Notes under the pieces: model-generated
What the model saw: only the letters and a program-made list of their open reading frames with translations
The model's database searches: none
What the model was told of the DNA's origin: nothing
Position numbers and translations under genes: made by a program
Shown here: piece by piece, positions 47,198-54,740 of the stretch
Position numbering within the stretch: the first letter of the stretch is position 1
How the letters are laid out: each line of letters starts with the position of its first letter
From: Bacteroidaceae bacterium
GTDB lineage: Bacteria > Bacteroidota > Bacteroidia > Bacteroidales > Bacteroidaceae
Assembly (NCBI GenBank): GCA_017427185.1
Contig: JAFRTJ010000052.1
Coordinates: 43,820 to 107,819 of the forward strand
Reading direction: 5' to 3'
DNA length: 64,000 nucleotides

Positions 47198-48052
47198 TTA
47201 GACTTCCTGGAAGGTCTCCTCGTCTGACTCAGGCAGATCGGCAGGGACGGGTACATAGACAGGTTCCTGGACGTTCTTCCAGAACTTCTGAAGCAAGATG
47301 ATGCAGAGGGCGATGCCTACGATGATGGCGACTCCTGCCACAAATTTCCCTCCCATTCCTTCCGTGTAGGAGAAGGTCTTAGCCTCTTCGCCCAGCAGGT
47401 TCATCTCCACCACTGCCAGGGAATTGTTGAAGATGTGGATGAGGCTGGTAATGACGATGTTGCCCGTCTTGTAGTAGATGATGGCGAGCAGGAGTCCCAT
47501 GATGGCTGCGAAAGGAATCTGGGCAGGATTCATGTGGATGGCTCCAAAGAGGATGGCAGAGACGATCATGGCAGTCCAGGGTTCCACCCCCTTGCGCAAC
47601 ATGTGGCCCAGGATGCCCTCGCGGAAGACAAGTTCCTCGACAACAGGTCCCACGACAGCTACGCTCAGGATGCCCCAGAAATTGTGTGCCAGATTCAAGA
47701 ACTGCTCTTCCATCAGGTTGGGCAGGTTCAACTGCTCGCTTATCAGGTCTGTTGCGAAGATTCCTGCGATGGCAGCCAGAAAGGCTACGCAGGCCATGCT
47801 CCAATTGATGCGACTAGCGTCGAAGGTTTGTCGCATCCTGATCATTTTCAGGACGAGCCAACAGGTCAGAGCGGTAAGCAATCCAGTTACAATCAGAATG
47901 ATGCCCAGCTGGGTTGGGTTGATTGTCATTCCTTCTGTGGTGAGTGAATCAGGGTTTTTGAATCCCTGAATGGCTAACATCACACCACCTCCCACCATCT
48001 GGAAGAACAGGAATACAACTACAGCTAAAATTGGTTTCAAGAACTGTTTCAT
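47198..48052 (-). CDS. CPBP-family intramembrane glutamic endopeptidase
   Basis: EELVFREG, FGAIHMN and HIFNN motifs; multi-TM. Confidence 0.85.
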   Translation of the reverse strand: MKQFLKPILAVVVFLFFQMVGGGVMLAIQGFKNPDSLTTEGMTINPTQLGIILIVTGLLTALTCWLVLKMIRMRQTFDASRINWSMACVAFLAAIAGIFATDLISEQLNLPNLMEEQFLNLAHNFWGILSVAVVGPVVEELVFREGILGHMLRKGVEPWTAMIVSAILFGAIHMNPAQIPFAAIMGLLLAIIYYKTGNIVITSLIHIFNNSLAVVEMNLLGEEAKTFSYTEGMGGKFVAGVAIIVGIALCIILLQKFWKNVQEPVYVPVPADLPESDEETFQEV

Positions 48053-48092
48053 CTTCTTTTTGTTTATGTGGTTAATAATCGATTAAATCTTT

Positions 48093-48329
48093 GTAGTTAA
48101 GTAGTTAAGTAGATATCGCCTCGCTCGTCCTGCGGACAGTAGTTAAGCCGTTACTTTTTACCTTTTGACTTCGTCGAGACTGCTCACGCTCGGCATAGTT
48201 CAAACAAGTTTGACTCTGCTCTCGTTTAACCGCAGCCTTCAACTTTTTACCTTTTCAACTTTTTACCTTTTGACTTCGTCGATTCATCGTCCTCGTTATC
48301 GTCATCGTCGATTTTTCGTCATCGTCATT
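48093..48329 (-). repeat. composite intergenic repeat module (GTAGTTAA octamers, GTAAAAAG/GTCAAAAG octamers read on the minus strand, CGTCAT hexamers)
   Basis: Read on the minus strand it parallels the module at 52408-52567: A-rich octamers followed by GGCTTAACTACT... It lies between the MPE/PQQ gene stop and the CPBP gene start. Confidence 0.8.
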
Positions 48330-50190
48330 TCTCTTCCAGCATCCCTATCACTCCGTCAGAGCTGGTGAAGAGGATGCGATGCTTACCAATGGGCACTACT
48401 GTGCTGATCAGCGAGTTTCCTATCTTGTGGCGCCACAGCAGGTGTCCCTGTTTGGCTTCCAGGGCGAAGATCATGCCCTCCTTCGTGCTGCCATAGACGG
48501 TTCCATCGTGTTCCACAGGCATGCTGGGCGCGTGTTCATAGCCGAATCCTACGGCTGTCGCCCACAGTTCGATGGGTTGCGAGCCTTCCGTCAGGTAGCA
48601 CACGATGCTGTCGTTCATCGTTTTGCTGTAGACGCGTTTCTTGTCCTTCGAGAGGCCGATGGTTTCCCTCACCATCGACTGTTTCGTGCGCCACACCGTC
48701 TTTCCCGTCTGCGCATCGATGGCAGACATGGCGCGGTCAGGGTCTGTCACAAAGACCTTCCCTGCTGCCTCCACAGGCCAAACGGCTGCAGGGCTGTAGT
48801 GGGTGCTTCCCTTCTCCACTTTCCATTTCCATTGGAGCGTGCCGTCCTGGGTGTTCGCGCTGTAGAGATGGTTGTCCCATGCTCCAAAGACCACGTGCTG
48901 TTTCGTCACGAGCGGCTTCGTCTCGATGTAACCTTCCACTCCGTCCAGTGTCCACACCACCTGCCCTGTCTTCAGGGCTATGCAGCGCATCTTGTGGTCG
49001 CTTGCCCCCACGTAGCATCTGCTGCCCTGGATGGTTACTGCCCCCAGCACAGGCGCCTCGCATTCCACCTTCCACAGCAGTTTGCCTGTCTTGGCAGAGA
49101 GGCCGTAGATGCAGTGGTCAGCAGAGCCAGTCACCACGATGCCTCCTGCTGCGGCTGGAGTGCCCACGATGCGTGCTTTCGTCCTGAACTGCCACAGCTG
49201 TTTGCCGTCCCTCACGTCGTAGGCTGTCAGGATGCCCAAGTCATCGCCCACGAAGACGCGTCCCTTGCTGTAGGCAGGACTGCTGTAGACACCCACGCCC
49301 GTTTCCAGTTTCCATGCCTCCCTCACGTTGCTGTAGACGTTGTTGTCCTCCATGCTGGGATAGTGGTTCGCTCCTGCCTTGGGGTCCAGGATATTGCCCT
49401 CCAGGTCCTTGATGGGTCCTCGCAGGCTGTAGCACGCCAGCTGGAAGGGTGCTGTTCCCTGGTTGTGGACCATCACGCGTATGCTGTCGCGCGTTACCTC
49501 ATACATACCAAAGCCAGACTTCTTTTCCTCGTTCCTCAGGTTGGAGCGCATCAGTACGCCAGGAATGCCGTCGTAGGAGAGGTTCCTGAGTGCATGGTAA
49601 TGTCCGCCCACACAGAGTCTCACGTTGTATTTCCTCAGCACATCCGTCACCTGGTACCAGTTGTCCACATCGCCGTCCATCAGGGGGTAGTGTGTCACGA
49701 TGATAGCTGGGGCGTCCTTGGGCAGCTTGCCCAGTTCCTCGTCCAGCCAGCTCAGGTCCTGCGGCACGACGTGTCCGTAGGCCATACGCATCAGGGGTCC
49801 AGTATTGAATCCCAGGAAGTGCACTCCCTTGTGTTCCATCTGGAAGCGCTCGTATCCAAAGACCTCCTGCCAGGCGGTGCATCCTGAGTCGCTCCATTTC
49901 GTCTCATGGTTTCCCATCACAATGTAGTAGGGAGGCTCGAGGGTGTCGAACAGTTCCTTTGCCCGCTTGAGTGTCTCTCGATCTCCCTTCTCGCTGATGT
50001 CGCCAGTGATGAGCACAAAGTCCACGCCTTCCTCAGCATTGATTTCCTGGATGCTGTTCCTCAGGTCCTCCTCGTGCTCCTTGTTGCCAGGACTCAGGTG
50101 GATGTCTGTCATCTGCGCAAAGCGGAAGCTTTGTCCCCACGCGTTCATTCCCATCCACAGCAGCAGTCCCATGTAGAGTGTCTTTTTCAT
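48325..50190 (-). CDS. secreted metallophosphoesterase fused to a PQQ-like (BamB-type) beta-propeller
   Basis: Signal peptide, then the MPE motifs DIHL, GDISEKGD, GNHE and GHYH. The C-terminal half has repeated propeller blades (LWKV..., VWTL..., LQWKW...). Confidence 0.85.
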   Translation of the reverse strand: MKKTLYMGLLLWMGMNAWGQSFRFAQMTDIHLSPGNKEHEEDLRNSIQEINAEEGVDFVLITGDISEKGDRETLKRAKELFDTLEPPYYIVMGNHETKWSDSGCTAWQEVFGYERFQMEHKGVHFLGFNTGPLMRMAYGHVVPQDLSWLDEELGKLPKDAPAIIVTHYPLMDGDVDNWYQVTDVLRKYNVRLCVGGHYHALRNLSYDGIPGVLMRSNLRNEEKKSGFGMYEVTRDSIRVMVHNQGTAPFQLACYSLRGPIKDLEGNILDPKAGANHYPSMEDNNVYSNVREAWKLETGVGVYSSPAYSKGRVFVGDDLGILTAYDVRDGKQLWQFRTKARIVGTPAAAGGIVVTGSADHCIYGLSAKTGKLLWKVECEAPVLGAVTIQGSRCYVGASDHKMRCIALKTGQVVWTLDGVEGYIETKPLVTKQHVVFGAWDNHLYSANTQDGTLQWKWKVEKGSTHYSPAAVWPVEAAGKVFVTDPDRAMSAIDAQTGKTVWRTKQSMVRETIGLSKDKKRVYSKTMNDSIVCYLTEGSQPIELWATAVGFGYEHAPSMPVEHDGTVYGSTKEGMIFALEAKQGHLLWRHKIGNSLISTVVPIGKHRILFTSSDGVIGMLEEK

Positions 50191-50223
50191 CTTCCCAGAG
50201 CTTTTTTCGTATCTTTTTCATTG

Positions 50224-50231
50224 CAAAGATA
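50224..50231 (-). promoter_or_regulatory. -7 box (TAtcTTTG) for the MPE/PQQ gene
   Basis: The plus strand reads caaagata. It is 34 nt upstream of the ATG at 50190. Confidence 0.55.
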
Positions 50232-50260
50232 ATCATTTTCCTTCACAATCCCATCCTCTT

Positions 50261-50342
50261 GGTAGTTAAAGATGTTAAAGGAGGTAAAAAGTTGAAAAGG
50301 TAAAAAGGTAAAAAGGAAAAAAGGTAAAAAAAAGAGAAAAGG
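50261..50342 (+). repeat. A-rich octamer tract (GGTAAAAA / GTTGAAAA variants)
   Basis: The tract reads ggtagttaaagatgttaaaggaggtaaaaagttgaaaaggtaaaaaggtaaaaaggaaaaaaggtaaaaaaaagagaaaagg. Confidence 0.85.
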
Positions 50343-50663
50343 CGCAACTCACGTCGCACCTTTTCCACCTTACACTACATATCAATTAACACTAATAAGT
50401 TTTATGACCAAAAAAGAACCCTCATGATCGAGGAATTCATTTTTTTAAGAGAGCTTGTACAACATAATCCATTTGTTATTGCATTTCAGCGTTAACCTAG
50501 TGCAAGGAATTTAGGTTAGATAAGAAATTTCGATGCAAATTTAAATGGATATGAAAGAAATTGATTCATCTATGTGGGGTACAATTAGGGGTACAAGTTG
50601 TTTGTCCCCCATTTTGTCCCCCTAAAACTTGGTGCTTTGTATGAAAAAACTTAAATTTGCGGC

Positions 50664-52409
50664 ATGAAATATGTCAAAAATGCAATTATTGCCACAGGTT
50701 TTCTTTTAATTTTCATTTCTTTTGTGGCTTGTACCCCTTCTCGCACGAGCGAGATCTGGCCCAATTGTACCCCAGAATCCGCTGAATTGCTCCATCGTTT
50801 CGACACGATGATAGGTTCCTACGACCAAAAAGCGGTAGTCAAGGAATTGTATCGCCTCTCCCTCCAGCACCCAGAGGATGAGGTCCTGCGATGGCGCACC
50901 CTCATCTGCGATGCAGAGACACGAGGAGGGGCAGAGGCCATCAGCCTCCAGAACCAGGCGCTGGCGCTGATGGACACCACCCTTTATAAATATGATTACA
51001 TGCGCCTGCAAATCGTGCGCGCGAACGCCCTATACCTCAACGACCTCCAGCAGCTCTACCATATCCTGCGCACCCTCCTCGACTATTTCACAGAGATAGG
51101 CGACATAGGGCGCCAGTTCCAGGTCTGCTACTATCTGGGCAATGTCTACGACCGCCTCAACCAGCACGAGCGCGCCTACCAGGTCCTCATGGTCCCCTAC
51201 AAGGCGCTCGAGGAGCACGGCCGTCCTGAATACCGCTGCTATTACGTGCGCCGCATCGCCCACCAGATCTACGCCATGGGGCAGCACCAGCAAGCCTTCG
51301 ACATGCTCCGCAAGGCAGAGAGCGAGCCCCTCGTGCAGCGCGACACCCTCCTCCACATCGAGATCCTGCGCTCCCTCTGCGAGTTCACCACCTCCCTCGA
51401 GGAGAAAGACCTTATCAGCCGCCGTGCCCTCCAGATGGCAGAGAAGCATCCTGAGGGCCTCCAGTACACCCTCTGCTGCAAGCTGCGAGGCAAGTATTTC
51501 CTGCGGACCCACCAGCTCGACAGCGCCCGCCACTACCTGCAGCCCTGCATCGAGCCAGCGCGCATCCAGCAATGCGACCTCCCAGGCCGCTACGATTCCT
51601 ACAAAGTCATGGCCCAGCTCCTCGCCCAGCTCAACCAGCCCGACAGCGCCTATTACTACATGGAGAAGAGCAACCTGACGAACGACTCCCTGGTGGGCAC
51701 CCTTCAGAACATCATTTCTGAGGAGGTCATCCGCAGCATCGCCGACAACGAGAAGCAGATCCAGCACATGAAGGTCCGCAGCGAGCGCGAGCGCACCATC
51801 CTTGCCCTCCTCCTCAACTTCGCCCTCATCGTCTGCGTCATCTTTGCCTTCTACAGCTTCTACAAGTGGAGGAAGAACAGCCAGGAAGCCCTGCGCAAGA
51901 TCCACGAGAACGAGAAGCTGAAGAAAGAGATGGGACAGCGCAACGAGAAGTACACCACCGCCAACATCATCCTCGCTGACCACAAGAACGTCCTCAACAC
52001 CATCAGCCAGATTGTCAGCCAGGACACCCCAGACAGCGACAAGGACGTGGCGCGCCAGGTGAAGAACGTCATCCGCACCCACCTCACAGACGAGACCGGC
52101 TGGGACACCTTCTCCCTCGAGTTCGAGAACGACTATCCAGGCCTCCTCGACCTCGTCCGCACCACCTATCCCTCTCTCACCCCCACGGACCTCAAGGTCT
52201 GCATCTACACCTTCATCCACCTGCGCACCCACCAGATCTCCCGTCTCCTCAACATCCTGCCCGATAGTGTCAAGAAGTCCCGCCAGCGCGTGCGCAGGAA
52301 GCTGGGCATCAGCTACCTCGATGTCACCATCGCAGAGCACCTCACCCAACTCTACGACCAGATGAAGCGCGGCGAAAACGACAACGATTTTACCCCCAAT
52401 CTAATCTAA
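50664..52409 (+). CDS. membrane-anchored TPR-like sensor/regulator with C-terminal LuxR-type HTH
   Basis: N-terminal lipoprotein-like signal (FISFVAC), helical repeats, a central TM segment (ILALLLNFALIVCVIFAFYSFY), and a C-terminal region TPTDLKVCIYTFIHLRTHQISRLLNILPDSVKKSRQRVRRKLGI. Confidence 0.75.
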   Translation: MKYVKNAIIATGFLLIFISFVACTPSRTSEIWPNCTPESAELLHRFDTMIGSYDQKAVVKELYRLSLQHPEDEVLRWRTLICDAETRGGAEAISLQNQALALMDTTLYKYDYMRLQIVRANALYLNDLQQLYHILRTLLDYFTEIGDIGRQFQVCYYLGNVYDRLNQHERAYQVLMVPYKALEEHGRPEYRCYYVRRIAHQIYAMGQHQQAFDMLRKAESEPLVQRDTLLHIEILRSLCEFTTSLEEKDLISRRALQMAEKHPEGLQYTLCCKLRGKYFLRTHQLDSARHYLQPCIEPARIQQCDLPGRYDSYKVMAQLLAQLNQPDSAYYYMEKSNLTNDSLVGTLQNIISEEVIRSIADNEKQIQHMKVRSERERTILALLLNFALIVCVIFAFYSFYKWRKNSQEALRKIHENEKLKKEMGQRNEKYTTANIILADHKNVLNTISQIVSQDTPDSDKDVARQVKNVIRTHLTDETGWDTFSLEFENDYPGLLDLVRTTYPSLTPTDLKVCIYTFIHLRTHQISRLLNILPDSVKKSRQRVRRKLGISYLDVTIAEHLTQLYDQMKRGENDNDFTPNLI

Positions 52410-52567
52410 GATGAAAAAGGTGAAAAAGTGAAAAGGTAAAAAGTTAAAAAGGTTAGCGTCGCAAAAACTATCGGCTTAACTACTTATCTACTTAACTACT
52501 GTCTACTTAAATAAAAGATGAAAAAGATGAAAAAGGTGAAAAAGTGAAAAGGTAAAAAGTTAAAAAG
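52408..52567 (+). repeat. 44-nt perfect direct repeat (A-rich octamers) flanking a TTAACTAC-rich core
   Basis: 52408-52451 and 52524-52567 are identical (…GATGAAAAAGGTGAAAAAGTGAAAAGGTAAAAAGTTAAAAAG). The core, GGCTTAACTACTTATCTACTTAACTACTGTCTACTTAA, is an inverted relative of 48093-48150. Confidence 0.9.
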
Positions 52568-52580
52568 AAAACTTCGAAAT

Positions 52581-54740
52581 ATGAAAACAAAAACTATCCT
52601 GATCCTCCTGAGCATCCTCCTTCCCACCAGCGGAGCCACCCTGCGAGCCCAGAGCACCTCCCTCACCCAGTACGTCAACCCCCTCCTGGGCACCGCCACC
52701 CTCTGGCAGCCTGAGGACCTCGGCTATACCCATACGGAAGAGAAGCGCGCCTGGGGTGCGGAAGTCTTCCCAGGGGCAGCCCTCCCCAATGCCATGGTCC
52801 AGCTCACCCCCATCACCAAGTACCACAGCGGAGCAGGCTACCAGTACGAGGACCACGAGATCTACGGCTTCGGCCATACCGCCAAGGGCCACTGGAACCT
52901 CCTCCACCTGCCCGTCATGCCCGTCACAGGCATCTTCTACCCCCGCAACTACGCCTCCCATTTCTCCCACCAGCGCGAGGAGGCCCATCCAGGCTACTAC
53001 AGCGTCTACCTCGAGCGCTATGGCGTCCAGGCAGAGTTCACCAGCACCCTCCGCTGCGGCTACCATCGCTACACCTTCCGTCCCACCGACCCCAAGCGCC
53101 TCCTTGTTGATATCACGCGCAACAACAACCGTCCTCGCCGCTACCACATCGAGCAGGCAGGCGACCACAGCTTCCAGGGCTATCAGGATGGCGAAGGCCG
53201 CATCTACTTCTATGCCGTCAGCAACCTCCCCGTCTCCAGCGTCCAGATCGAGCGCGACACCAAGCACCAGGTAGCCCTCGTTGACTTCCGCGACAACGTA
53301 GGCCCAGCCCCTCTCGAAGTCAAGTTCGGCTTCAGCTTCGTCAGCATCGAGAACGCCCGCCAGAACCTCCAGGCAGAGATGCTCCAGAAGACCTTCCAGC
53401 AAGTCCGCCAGGAAGCCGACCAGACCTGGGAGCGCCTCCTCAGCCACATCCAAGTCGAAGGCGGCACCCAGCGCCAGCGAGGCCTCCTCTACAGCACCCT
53501 CTACCGCTGCTTCCTCTGGCCCGCCCTCCGCAGCGACACCAACGGCCAGTACCTCGATGTCCGCGGACAGGTCGTCCAGGGCGACTTCCGCTACTATACC
53601 GACCCCTCCTTCTGGGACACCTACCGCAACAAGCTCATCCTCCTGGGCCTCCTCAGCCCAGACGTAGCCATCGACGTCGTCCGTTCCATCACAGACAAAG
53701 GCGAGAAGCGCGGCGGCTACATGCCCACCTTCTTCCATGGCGACCACGCCAGCACCTTCGTCGCAGGCCTCTGGTCACGCGGCATCCAAGGCTTCGACCT
53801 CCAGCGCTCCTACCAGCTCCTCCTCCGCAACGCCACCGTCCCAGGACGAGGCGGCCGTCCCTTCCTCGACGAGTATATCCGCCAGGGATGGATAGCAGAG
53901 AAAGACACCACCAACGTCCCCACAGAGGACGAGTACAAGGCAGCCGTCACCAAGACCCAGGAATACGCCTACGACGACTATGCCGTAGCCCAGCTCGCCA
54001 AAGTCCTCCGCGACAAGCAGAACTACAAGCTCCTCATGAGCCGCACAGGCAACTACAAGAACCTCTTCGACCCCTCCACAGGCTTCTGGCGCGGCAAGAT
54101 AGCCAGCGGCGAGTGGATCCAGGACTTCGACCCCTACTATCCCTACTACGCCTATATGTACCGCGAGGCCAACGCCTGGCAGAGCCTCTTCTTCGCGCCC
54201 CACGACCCAGAAGGCATGATTGCCCTCTATCCCAGCCACCAGGCCGTCGAGCAGAAACTCGACTCCCTCTTCAGCGAGCCCTGGCGGCAGTACGAAGCGT
54301 GGAACCTCACCGGTTTCCTCGGCAACTACTGCCACGGCAACCAGCCCGACCACAGCGTCCCCTACACCTACTACTTCATCGGCAAGCAAGAGAAGGCCCA
54401 GCACATCCTCAACATCCTCATGGATAAATACTACGACATGGGCGAAGACCACCTTGCCTACGCAGGCATGGATGACGCAGGCGAGACCTCCGCCTGGTAC
54501 GTCTTCAACGCCATCGGCCTCTACACCTACTCCCCAGCCGATCCCCAGTACATCGTCACCGTTCCCCTCTTCCCCCGTGTCACCCTCACCATGGGCGATG
54601 ACCGCAGCGTCCAGATCCGCCGCACAGGCACAGGCGAGAAGATCACCCGCATCCTCTGCGGCAAGAAACCCCTCAAAGGCTGGTTTGTCGACCACAACCA
54701 AATGCTTCGCGAAGGGGTAATCGAGATCGAAACGGAGTGA
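52581..54740 (+). CDS. GH92-family alpha-mannosidase
   Basis: 719 aa with a signal peptide. GH92-style sequence throughout (e.g. GHTAKGHW, YAYDDYA, NQPDHSVPY). Confidence 0.88.
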   Translation: MKTKTILILLSILLPTSGATLRAQSTSLTQYVNPLLGTATLWQPEDLGYTHTEEKRAWGAEVFPGAALPNAMVQLTPITKYHSGAGYQYEDHEIYGFGHTAKGHWNLLHLPVMPVTGIFYPRNYASHFSHQREEAHPGYYSVYLERYGVQAEFTSTLRCGYHRYTFRPTDPKRLLVDITRNNNRPRRYHIEQAGDHSFQGYQDGEGRIYFYAVSNLPVSSVQIERDTKHQVALVDFRDNVGPAPLEVKFGFSFVSIENARQNLQAEMLQKTFQQVRQEADQTWERLLSHIQVEGGTQRQRGLLYSTLYRCFLWPALRSDTNGQYLDVRGQVVQGDFRYYTDPSFWDTYRNKLILLGLLSPDVAIDVVRSITDKGEKRGGYMPTFFHGDHASTFVAGLWSRGIQGFDLQRSYQLLLRNATVPGRGGRPFLDEYIRQGWIAEKDTTNVPTEDEYKAAVTKTQEYAYDDYAVAQLAKVLRDKQNYKLLMSRTGNYKNLFDPSTGFWRGKIASGEWIQDFDPYYPYYAYMYREANAWQSLFFAPHDPEGMIALYPSHQAVEQKLDSLFSEPWRQYEAWNLTGFLGNYCHGNQPDHSVPYTYYFIGKQEKAQHILNILMDKYYDMGEDHLAYAGMDDAGETSAWYVFNAIGLYTYSPADPQYIVTVPLFPRVTLTMGDDRSVQIRRTGTGEKITRILCGKKPLKGWFVDHNQMLREGVIEIETE

